Origin: Cyanobacteriota bacterium | GTDB taxonomy: Bacteria; Cyanobacteriota; Cyanobacteriia; PCC-6307; Cyanobiaceae | DNA: 64,000 nt | Reading direction: 5' to 3' | NCBI GenBank assembly: GCA_046052125.1 | Contig: JBJOMY010000001.1 | Span: 672,001-736,000, forward strand | In this document: piece after piece, positions 19,592 through 27,817 of the stretch | How the letters are laid out: every line of letters starts with the position of its first letter | Position numbering within the stretch: the first letter of the stretch is position 1 | Program-made: the position numbers and the translations under genes | The notes under the pieces: generated by a model | What the model was told of the DNA's origin: nothing | Database searches by the model: none | The model's input: the letters and a program-made list of their open reading frames with translations, nothing else

Positions 19592-19609
19592 TCTGTACCT
19601 AGGTACAGA
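19592..19609. promoter_or_regulatory. Perfect 18-bp palindrome upstream of int (LexA-like or Int site)
   Basis: TCTGTACCTAGGTACAGA with a GTAC-N4-GTAC core. Confidence 0.5.
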
Positions 19610-19727
19610 AATGGGTCAAAAGGGGTCCGAAGTGGTCGTCTCGTGTCCCGACCTGTCGGACGTTGGCGATTCATGAGATCCAGCTCCCTGAGAGGGAACT
19701 GGGGCCAAAAGTCGGCTGGGACTGGAA

Positions 19728-19772
19728 TGGGTCGCCTGAGATTCGAACTCAGGACCAATCGGTTAAAAGCCG
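19728..19772 (-). mobile_element. att core: 3' half of tRNA-Lys(UUU)
   Basis: Reverse complement CGGCTTTTAACCGATTGGTCCTGAGTTCGAATCTCAGGCGACCCA contains the anticodon arm, T arm and 3' acceptor strand; no D arm or 5' half upstream. Confidence 0.85.
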
Positions 19773-19887
19773 CAGGGCCTGAGACAAGAAGCCAGTCGCC
19801 AAGAGGGTTTCAGAGAAGTTGTCCCAAGAAAAGTCCCAAGAACCAAGTCGGTGGACCCCAATTGTTGCGCATATCCGCGGCTGAGAC

Positions 19888-20238
19888 TCAGCGCTCATCG
19901 ATTCCACGCCCATTGACTGAGCTCCCCAGGGCCAACCCAGCCAAGATGCTCAGTCCCTGGTTCACCGCGTCATCAATGCGCCCCTGGGGGCGCATGCAGA
20001 ACAGCGCCACGGGGTGCTCGGGAGTGGAACCATCAGAAGGTTGTTCGGCTGCATCCTGATCCACCACGCCCCTGGGAGCGCCTGCCCCATCGACCCGCCG
20101 CTCCACCGCCGACAGCCCATTCATCCGCACATACAGCCAACTGAGGGCGGTGCAGTTGAGCAGGTCAAACGCCAGCGTGGCGCCCTGGAACCCCAGGATT
20201 CCGGTCGAGATCCAGACCACCAGCCGGCGGGAATCCAT
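19888..20238 (-). CDS. Small membrane protein (possible holin-like)
   Basis: Hydrophobic N- and C-terminal segments, near the endolysin. Confidence 0.55.
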   Translation of the reverse strand: MDSRRLVVWISTGILGFQGATLAFDLLNCTALSWLYVRMNGLSAVERRVDGAGAPRGVVDQDAAEQPSDGSTPEHPVALFCMRPQGRIDDAVNQGLSILAGLALGSSVNGRGIDER

Positions 20239-20336
20239 GGAGCATTGGCGAACTGCTCAGAAGGGTTCCGGGGTTGTGCCCGGTCCAGGGCGGTCGCCGT
20301 GGAATCCATAGAATTGACATGAGCTGCGCCTGGTTG

Positions 20337-20627
20337 ATGCGTCTCTCAGAACTCCAGGCCCTCACACCGGAACTGCAGGTGATTGCAGAACGCTACGGCG
20401 CTTCCAACCTTGCGGTCTTCGGTTCCGTCGCCCGCGACGAGGCAACAGAATCAAGTGACATCGACCTTCTGGTTGACCTGCCTCCTGGCACAAGCCTGTT
20501 TCAGCACGCAGAGTTCAAGCTGGACCTGGAGAGCCTTCTCCGGCACAACGTGGATTTGATCCGTCGTCGCAACCTCAAGCCGAGCCTGCGTGATCGCGTG
20601 GAAGCCGACGCCGTACCCCTGGCATGA
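20337..20627 (+). CDS. MNT nucleotidyltransferase antitoxin (MntA-like)
   Basis: VFGSVARDEATESSDIDLLV. Confidence 0.85.
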   Translation: MRLSELQALTPELQVIAERYGASNLAVFGSVARDEATESSDIDLLVDLPPGTSLFQHAEFKLDLESLLRHNVDLIRRRNLKPSLRDRVEADAVPLA

Positions 20628-20965
20628 ACGCACGTGATCAGGAAGCGCTGAGGGACATCGTCGGTGTCATCGATCGCGCTCTGGGGTTTCCGGTCACCGA
20701 CTTCGATGCGTTCGAGCAAACCGATTATCTGCAAGATGCCTTGATTCGGTGCCTTGAAGTCATGGGAGAAGCCGTCAAACGGCTCAGCCCTGACCTCCGC
20801 GAGCAGCACAGCGATCTGCCTTGGCGGGGGATGGCAGGCATGCGTGATCTATTGATTCATGCCTACGACAGGGTTGACCTCGAGGAGGTGTGGCAGGCTT
20901 ATCAGCAGTTCGCATCGATCCGCAATCGTGTTGTGGAGATCCTCAGGGCAGGCGACGCGAGCTGA
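20624..20965 (+). CDS. HEPN/DUF86 RNase toxin (HepT-like)
   Basis: GEAVKRLS...PWRGMAGMRDLLIHAY (Rx4HxY). Confidence 0.85.
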   Translation: MNARDQEALRDIVGVIDRALGFPVTDFDAFEQTDYLQDALIRCLEVMGEAVKRLSPDLREQHSDLPWRGMAGMRDLLIHAYDRVDLEEVWQAYQQFASIRNRVVEILRAGDAS

Positions 20966-20971
20966 CCACGT

Positions 20972-21169
20972 TCAGACCGTGATTTCAATAGCTTCAGCCG
21001 TTTTTACCCCGGCCTCTTCTGCTTCCACCTCAAGCCAGAGATGGATGGCCTCGCGGATGTTCGCCAGAGCCTCATCGCGGGTACTGCCCTGCGAATGACA
21101 CCCGGGTAAATCGAGACAACTCACCGACCAGCCTTCGTCGGTTTCGAGCAGGCGTATGCAGTACGACAT
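20972..21169 (-). CDS. HicB-family antitoxin (orphan)
   Basis: DLPGCHSQGSTRDEALANIREAI. Confidence 0.8.
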   Translation of the reverse strand: MSYCIRLLETDEGWSVSCLDLPGCHSQGSTRDEALANIREAIHLWLEVEAEEAGVKTAEAIEITV

Positions 21170-21270
21170 CCGTGGCTCGGCAGTGTCTTCACCCTATCGG
21201 TGCCATCCGATCACAAGCAGACATTCGGTTGGCTCCGCCGGAACCCTCAGAAGTTCCCTGCTTCTGATGC

Positions 21271-22506
21271 ATGCCACTCACCCCTGAGGGCTGGACCCTG
21301 CTCAAAACCTGGGAGGGCTGCCGCCTGAGCGCCTATCCCGACCCCGCCAGCGGCGGTGCTCCATGGACCATCGGCTACGGCCACACCGGCGCGGAGGTGG
21401 TGCCGGGGCTGACGATCAGCCAGGAACAGGCGGAGGCCTGGCTCAAGCAAGACGTGGCTGAGGCGGCTGGCGCTGTTGACCGGTTGCTCTCCGGCGTCAC
21501 CCCTACGGCTCGTCAACGCGATGCCCTCATCAGCTTCTGCTTCAACGTCGGCGCGGGAGCCTTGGAGCGCTCCACCCTGCGCAAGCGCCTGCTCGCCGGT
21601 GAATGTCCGGCTGTGGTGATCGCCCAGGAGCTCCCGCGCTGGAACAAGGGCCCCGAGGGCCCGCTGGAAGGGCTCAAGCGCCGAAGGGCTGCAGAGGTGT
21701 CCCATGCCCAGGCTCCAGATCGTGTTGATGCAGCTGAACGCCAAGCAACTAGGGCTGCTCAGCAGAACAAGAACGAGCCGATCCAGCTCTTGGACGCCGT
21801 TCGTCACCACAAGGGATTGGCGCATCAGCAAGAGGCCTGGTTGCAGCTGGAGCAGTCGCTCACTGCCGAGCAACGGGGTGCTTTCGCGGAGGTCTTTCGC
21901 ACTCCATGGGCGCGATCGATTGAGCCCCCCAAGCCGGAGGCGCCAGGCCTCATCGAACTGCCGGTGCCCTACCTGAGCCAGAACGACAGCGCCACCAGCC
22001 AAGGGCCGCGCATGTGCTTCTCCTCCAGCTGCGCCATGGCTGCTGTCTTCCTGAAACCGAGCGCCCTGAAAGGCCCCGGCCAACGGGACGATCAATACCT
22101 GGCGTTGGTGCAGCGCCACGGCGACACCACCGATGCCAATGCCCAAGCGAAGGCCTTGCAGAGCCTTGGGCTGCAGGCACGCTTCCGCATGGATGGCTGC
22201 ATCGAACACCTGATTGAGCAGCTCACGCGGGGCATTCCCTGCCCGGTGGGTTGGCTCCACAAAGGCCCTGTCTCATCCCCCTCCGGCAGCGGCCACTGGA
22301 GCCTGGTGATCGGCTGGGATCCTTCCAAGCGCCAGGTGCTGATTCACGACCCCAATGGGGATGCCGATCTGGTGAATGGCGGTTACGTGAGCACCGCCAT
22401 CGACAGTGGCCAGGCCCTGCGTTACTCCGAACGCAACTGGGGGCGCCGCTGGATGGTGGAAGGAACCGGAACCGGCTGGTGGATCGAGATCAGCAAAGGG
22501 ACCTGA
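21271..22506 (+). CDS. Endolysin: GH24 lysozyme plus C39-like peptidase
   Basis: EGCRLSAYPD...WTIGYGHT; VPYLSQND...CFSSSCAM...GHWSLVIGWD...HDP. Confidence 0.85.
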   Translation: MPLTPEGWTLLKTWEGCRLSAYPDPASGGAPWTIGYGHTGAEVVPGLTISQEQAEAWLKQDVAEAAGAVDRLLSGVTPTARQRDALISFCFNVGAGALERSTLRKRLLAGECPAVVIAQELPRWNKGPEGPLEGLKRRRAAEVSHAQAPDRVDAAERQATRAAQQNKNEPIQLLDAVRHHKGLAHQQEAWLQLEQSLTAEQRGAFAEVFRTPWARSIEPPKPEAPGLIELPVPYLSQNDSATSQGPRMCFSSSCAMAAVFLKPSALKGPGQRDDQYLALVQRHGDTTDANAQAKALQSLGLQARFRMDGCIEHLIEQLTRGIPCPVGWLHKGPVSSPSGSGHWSLVIGWDPSKRQVLIHDPNGDADLVNGGYVSTAIDSGQALRYSERNWGRRWMVEGTGTGWWIEISKGT

Positions 22507-22549
22507 GGCGCCCAAGCGGGGAACACTTTCACCAGTTGCTCCGAGTTCC

Positions 22550-22717
22550 ATGAACTACAACCCAGCCATGACACCCATCCCCCTGCACAACGATCACCAC
22601 GTACGAGTTGGCCTGGAGGCGCAGCTGCGCCAGTGCTGGGCGATGTACAACGCCCTGCCCACAGAAGCCAACCGCTATCAACTGGTGCGCCTGGAGCGCT
22701 TGCTGCAGAGCCTTTAA
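22550..22717 (+). CDS. Small hypothetical protein
   Basis: Short helical ORF after the endolysin. Confidence 0.45.
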   Translation: MNYNPAMTPIPLHNDHHVRVGLEAQLRQCWAMYNALPTEANRYQLVRLERLLQSL

Positions 22718-22888
22718 GTGGCAGATCAGGTGTTCAGCGTGTTACAACCGAACCACTGCAGAGGATGACAACCTGCAAACCAGCGGAGTCCATTAAGGCC
22801 TCCCTTTTTTATGGGAACAATGGGGTGAATCAGGCTCGCGACAAGCACTGAAGCGCGTTACGGTCGGGCCGATCCAATCTCAGCTTCC

Positions 22889-23251
22889 ATGCTCACCGGC
22901 TCTGACCTGCTCGCCAAAGTCAAGGAACTGGGCGATGCGTCTAAATCCGATCTGGTGCGCAGCTGCGGTTACGTGAGCACCAAGAAAGATGGCAGCGAGC
23001 GCCTGAACTTCACCGCCTTCTACGAAGCCCTCCTGGAAGCCAAAGGCCTGAGCCTGGGCAACGACGGCGCTGGCCGGGGCAAGGGTGGGCGCAAGCTCAG
23101 CTACACCGCCACCGTGCAAGGCAACGGCAACCTGCTGGTGGGCAAGGCCTACACCGCCATGCTCGACCTCAAGCCCGGTGATGAGTTTGAGATCAAGCTG
23201 GGGCGTAAGCAGATCAAGCTGATTCCCTCTGGCGCGGTGGAAGAGGACTGA
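22889..23251 (+). CDS. Cyanobacterial AbrB-family regulator (cyAbrB)
   Basis: LTGSDLLAKVKEL...FYEALLEAKG...GRKLSY...GNLLVGKAYT. Confidence 0.9.
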   Translation: MLTGSDLLAKVKELGDASKSDLVRSCGYVSTKKDGSERLNFTAFYEALLEAKGLSLGNDGAGRGKGGRKLSYTATVQGNGNLLVGKAYTAMLDLKPGDEFEIKLGRKQIKLIPSGAVEED

Positions 23252-23281
23252 GTCGTCTTACCCAGACGGAGCCGCTGTCAA

Positions 23282-23602
23282 TCAGCGGCTCTTGACGCAG
23301 TAGCTGCCCGAGCTGAACCAGCCGATCGGACAGCTGGATCCCATTTTCTGGATCGCTTGGCGCTGGTTGCTTGGGCTGCTCACGCAGTACGCGCCAGAGC
23401 TGTAGAAGCCGATCGGGCAGCTACCACCAATCTTCTCAAGGGCACCACGGGTGTTGCCGCTCTTGGACGGAACGCAGTAGCTCCCAGAGGCGTAATACCC
23501 CAGCGGGCACCCTCCCACTTTGGGGAGGGGTTGCACGGGTTGTTGGGCCAGAGCGGCGGAGGCAGAGGCCGCCACCATCAGGGCTGGGAGCAGGACTTTC
23601 AT
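23282..23602 (-). CDS. Secreted Cys-repeat protein
   Basis: Signal peptide and three CPxG(Y/F/W)xxSGxYCV repeats. Confidence 0.75.
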   Translation of the reverse strand: MKVLLPALMVAASASAALAQQPVQPLPKVGGCPLGYYASGSYCVPSKSGNTRGALEKIGGSCPIGFYSSGAYCVSSPSNQRQAIQKMGSSCPIGWFSSGSYCVKSR

Positions 23603-24027
23603 GGGTGATACGGCGCGTTGAGCTCAGGCTCGATTGAGGCCGTAGCTGGCCTGGCTGGAAACAGCCCCAGCAGCCAAAAGAGCGGCATGAGAATGCTGAC
23701 CGTAGGCATCACCTCATGAGCGGAGGGATCGTTCATTCGCCCTCGCGCCGAGCTCCACAGGCCGCGATGAACCAGCCATCGTTTGATCGCCTCAACGAAT
23801 CGACCGCGGCGACTGGAGAGCCACATCGCACGCTTCAGCCGGCGGACACGATCTTGGCGCCGGGTTTCAATCTCACGACTGACGATGTAGTGGAGCTCGA
23901 GATCCACCGTGTCGCAATGGGCGCCGAGCTCAATGCGGTAGTAATAATCGAGCTTGTACAGACGTTCATCATCCATGGCCCTGGCCAGACGCCTGTACTC
24001 GTTTCGCGATTCATCGCTCAGGCACAT
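23599..24027 (-). CDS. Hypothetical protein
   Basis: 142 aa ORF overlapping the next gene's start. Confidence 0.4.
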   Translation of the reverse strand: MCLSDESRNEYRRLARAMDDERLYKLDYYYRIELGAHCDTVDLELHYIVSREIETRRQDRVRRLKRAMWLSSRRGRFVEAIKRWLVHRGLWSSARGRMNDPSAHEVMPTVSILMPLFWLLGLFPARPATASIEPELNAPYHP

Positions 24028-24090
24028 CGCTCAGTGAGCTTTGCCTGGAATTTTGGCCCCATAGGCTTAGGGCTGCCGCGGGCTCGCCCG

Positions 24091-24726
24091 ATGCGTCAGC
24101 TCCTTGCCCTGGGTCTGATCACGGTTGGCATGACGCTCCCAGCAGTCGCACAAACCCGCACGGCCACCGTGCTCTCCATCGGCGATGGCGACACCCTGCG
24201 CCTACGCGAGGGCAACCGCACCGTGAACGTGCGCCTGGCCTGCATCGATGCCCCGGAATCCAGCCAGGCACCCTTTGGCGCTCAGGCCCGGCAGCAACTG
24301 CAGGCCCTGGCGCCCGTGGGAAGCAGCGTGGAGCTGCGGATCAAGGCCACTGATCGCTACGGCCGCTCCGTGGCCGAACTCACCAGAGGCGGCCGCAACC
24401 TGAACCAGACCCTGGTCGCGTCTGGTGTGGCGTTCGTGTACTGGCAGTACATCGGTGGCTGCGACCGGCAGACCTACGGTCGCCTCGAAACTGAGGCCCG
24501 GCTGAAGGGGGTTGGCGTGTGGGGTGTCAGCGGTGGGCTGACGCGTCCGTGGGACTACCGCTCTGGCCAACGCAAACCCAGCTCAAGCTCAAGTGCACCG
24601 GCGGGTCGGCGCTACACCTGCAGCCAGATCGGCTCCTATGCCCAGGCCCAGGTGTTATTGCGGCAAGGGCACAGCTACCTCGATGGGGATGGTGATGGGG
24701 AGGCCTGTGAGGGGTTGAGGGGGTGA
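24091..24726 (+). CDS. Secreted thermonuclease (SNase) with Excalibur Ca-binding domain
   Basis: GDGDTL, VRLACIDAPE, DRYGRSVA; LDGDGDGEACE. Confidence 0.85.
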   Translation: MRQLLALGLITVGMTLPAVAQTRTATVLSIGDGDTLRLREGNRTVNVRLACIDAPESSQAPFGAQARQQLQALAPVGSSVELRIKATDRYGRSVAELTRGGRNLNQTLVASGVAFVYWQYIGGCDRQTYGRLETEARLKGVGVWGVSGGLTRPWDYRSGQRKPSSSSSAPAGRRYTCSQIGSYAQAQVLLRQGHSYLDGDGDGEACEGLRG

Positions 24727-24828
24727 GTGGGAGAAGGTCATAAATCAGGATTGCATCCCTGCAAGAGCAAGCCCGTAGGGTGACAACTAGCAATGCTTGG
24801 ATGCCGCTGAGCAGGAGAACCGAGAAAA

Positions 24829-27807
24829 TCAGACTCGTTCAAACTGAAGGACATCATCAAGATTTCGTGCCGGCATGAAGACGGCTTGACTGTCACCAGA
24901 TGCCAATGCTGCGAAATGTGCTTTCCCGCACTCAATCTTGGCTCGCTCTTTGTCTCGAAGATCGTCGGCAAAGAGTCCGCTCTTGGTCTCCACCACGAAG
25001 TACAGCCTTTCGGAACCGTCTTTCTCTACGAGTAGGGCCCAGTCCGGGTTGTAGGAACCCAGTGGCGTCGGCACTTTGAACCAACCAGGCAACTTGGCGT
25101 ACACCTTCACTGCACTGTTGTTCTCGAGCTGGTCACCAAAGCTACGCTCCGTCTCAGAGTCGTAGACCACCTGCTCATAGACGGCCTTGGAAACATCAAG
25201 CAGATTCTTGAGGTAGCCGGTCAACTCTTCTTGTTCGAACAGCTCCTGCGCGTAGTAGTGATCGTCGCCGAGACGCTGATACTTGATGCCATCCACAATC
25301 GCAAGGCGTTTGCAGCGATTGATTGCGTCAGCGGTCAGCTCGATGAACGCTTGCGGATTACGCTTGAACTCGTCAAGACGCAAGCTAGCGCTGAGTATGC
25401 GCTGAAGACTACGCCTCGTAAGCTGGGTTCGGTCCTGCAGTTCCGTCAGCAGATCAGGAAGTTCAATATCGCCCTCATCAAGAACCACAGTGGCGGCCCC
25501 TTGGCGTTCAGTTGCTTCCACACCTGCCTGCCCAATGGCGATCTCGGCCTTACGCCATTGCAGTCGAGTCTTAGGAATCGGCGGTGCTGACTGCACGGCG
25601 CGGAGACAGCTCTCGATCAGTTGTTCATTATCAAACTGCACCCTGTAGGTCGTCTTGTGCTTGATGCGGTCCCACAACGCCTTGAATTCAGGGCTGTGAA
25701 GGACAGCCTGACGGGTACGCACCTGGCGACGCTCATCGGCGTTCTTGATCTCCAGCCGCCCCGCCAGCTTCTTGAGCGTGGCTGTGATTTGCTCGCGCTG
25801 CGCCTCGAATGACTCGGGCAGACTGAGCGTGTCAGTCTTCAGGGCTTGCCGGAGCGAGTCCTGCACTCTGCCCTGGTTGTCGAGATGCCCTGCAGCTTTG
25901 AAGTGCTCCCACAGAACCTTGGACTGTTCAACACCAAGGGGCACTGAAGAGCCGTCAGAGCAAATCACAGAAACGCTGGCAAATTCATGGACTGCCACGA
26001 CACCAAAGCGGATGCCAGTGTCCTGCTCGATTTCCTTCTGCAGATTTTCGGCAAACTGCTCGTAGCTCTCCATTGCTACGACTGTCAGGGTATTGACGTC
26101 GAAGCCTCGGATTCGCTCGCCTTGCTGGTTGACACAAAGGCGGAGACCACGGCCGATGGTTTGGCGTCGCTCGCGCTCAGTCGTGATGTCGCGCAGCGTA
26201 CAGATCTGGAAGACATTGGGGTTGTCCCAGCCTTCTTTGAGGGCTGAATGCGAGAAGATGAACTTCAGAGGAGTTTTAAGAGACAATAACTTCTCCTTCT
26301 CCTTCATGATCAGGTTGTAGGCGCGTTCGGCACTGTCACGATTGGCCTGGTTGTTATCGGAAGTATTTGTCCATCCCCCAGTTCTGTCAATCGAGAAATA
26401 GCCGTTGTGCACCTCCTCAGCCGCATGAGAGAGATCCACTTCTTGAAAAAGTGTGTGGTAATCGGGTAGGGTTGCCGCACGGCGATACTCCTCCTCGAAG
26501 ATGCGCGCATAATCGCCTTTCACTGGGTTGCCGTCGGCGTTGTAAGAGCGGTACTTCGATACCTCGTCAATAAAGAAGAGAGACAAGACCTTGATACCTT
26601 GCAGACGCAGCCGTTTCTCCTTGTCGAGATGCTCTCGGATGGTGCGGCGGATCATCTCGCGCTGAACAGCCAGAACATCCACGTCTCCCCAGGCCTGCCC
26701 CTGCCGCAGAAACTGCTCACCGCCGGGCACCCGCAACTCAAGGTATTCGTTTCCCTTAGCAACACGGATCTCACCGACCCGGCAGTCGGCATAGATAGGG
26801 CGACCAGTAGTCTGCGCGAGATCGTCGCCATCTTGCACAATGACGGTCTGCCGACGAATCCCACCCGCCGCTGTCAACATGTCGAGCTCAACCTGAGCAC
26901 TGATCTGACCGCGTTGACTCTTCACAGACACAAGCCGCACATAGGGCTTGTTGTAAGCATCTTCTACCGTGGCTGAGGCCACTTCGATTTGCTTGACAAG
27001 CCGCTTCTCATAGGCGTCGACAGCATCCAAGCGATAGACCATGTGATGCCTATCAAGATGCGTGGCGGAGTAGCGCAGCGTGCAGAGTGGATTCATGGCT
27101 TCAAGAGCTCTCTTGCCACTCCCTTGCAGGCCACCATCGACACTCTGCGGTTCGTCCACTATGACAATGGGACGAGTTGCTTTGATCAAATCAATCGGCT
27201 TCTCGCCACCTGTCTTTTCGCTATCCTTATAGAGGTTATTGACATCACGTTTATTGATAGCCCCCACGGTCACCACCATTATCTGGATGCTTGCACTGGT
27301 TGCGAAGTTGCGAACCTGACCAAGCCTGGATGAGTCGTAGAGGAAATAGTCGAATGGGATGCCTGCATAGAGCCCTTTGAAGTGCTGCTCCGTGATCTGC
27401 AGTGTCTTGTAGACGCCTTCTTTGATCGCTACCGACGGAACGACGATGACAAACTTGTTGAAGCCGTAGCGCTTATTCAGCTCGAAGATTGTACGCAGGT
27501 AGACATAGGTCTTGCCGGTACCGGTCTCCATCTCCACAGTGAAATCGCCCGAGGCAAGCTCAGCGGTAGGGGGCAAACCATGCCGCAGCTGAATGTCGGC
27601 GAGATTCTTCAGAAGCTCGTCGTCCAGGAGTGTGAGGCGGTTACCGACCCCAAGATCACTTTCAAGACCCGGTATGAATAAGCCACCTAGAGCACTTTTG
27701 GTGACTGTGAACTCGGTGCGGCAGGTCTCTTGACCACGAAACAGATCGCAGACTGCGTCGATGGCGGCGAGTTGATAGTCGAGATTGGCTTCGAAGTGGA
27801 GTTTCAT
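24829..27807 (-). CDS. res: Type III restriction endonuclease Res
   Basis: EMETGTGKT, DEPQ, EGWDNPNVFQIC, YNPDW...VVETK. Confidence 0.92.
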   Translation of the reverse strand: MKLHFEANLDYQLAAIDAVCDLFRGQETCRTEFTVTKSALGGLFIPGLESDLGVGNRLTLLDDELLKNLADIQLRHGLPPTAELASGDFTVEMETGTGKTYVYLRTIFELNKRYGFNKFVIVVPSVAIKEGVYKTLQITEQHFKGLYAGIPFDYFLYDSSRLGQVRNFATSASIQIMVVTVGAINKRDVNNLYKDSEKTGGEKPIDLIKATRPIVIVDEPQSVDGGLQGSGKRALEAMNPLCTLRYSATHLDRHHMVYRLDAVDAYEKRLVKQIEVASATVEDAYNKPYVRLVSVKSQRGQISAQVELDMLTAAGGIRRQTVIVQDGDDLAQTTGRPIYADCRVGEIRVAKGNEYLELRVPGGEQFLRQGQAWGDVDVLAVQREMIRRTIREHLDKEKRLRLQGIKVLSLFFIDEVSKYRSYNADGNPVKGDYARIFEEEYRRAATLPDYHTLFQEVDLSHAAEEVHNGYFSIDRTGGWTNTSDNNQANRDSAERAYNLIMKEKEKLLSLKTPLKFIFSHSALKEGWDNPNVFQICTLRDITTERERRQTIGRGLRLCVNQQGERIRGFDVNTLTVVAMESYEQFAENLQKEIEQDTGIRFGVVAVHEFASVSVICSDGSSVPLGVEQSKVLWEHFKAAGHLDNQGRVQDSLRQALKTDTLSLPESFEAQREQITATLKKLAGRLEIKNADERRQVRTRQAVLHSPEFKALWDRIKHKTTYRVQFDNEQLIESCLRAVQSAPPIPKTRLQWRKAEIAIGQAGVEATERQGAATVVLDEGDIELPDLLTELQDRTQLTRRSLQRILSASLRLDEFKRNPQAFIELTADAINRCKRLAIVDGIKYQRLGDDHYYAQELFEQEELTGYLKNLLDVSKAVYEQVVYDSETERSFGDQLENNSAVKVYAKLPGWFKVPTPLGSYNPDWALLVEKDGSERLYFVVETKSGLFADDLRDKERAKIECGKAHFAALASGDSQAVFMPARNLDDVLQFERV

Positions 27808-27817
27808 CACGTAGCTC

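Noticed and set aside
19728..19772. Functional tRNA-Lys gene
   Set aside because: No D arm or 5' acceptor strand upstream; only the 3' half is present
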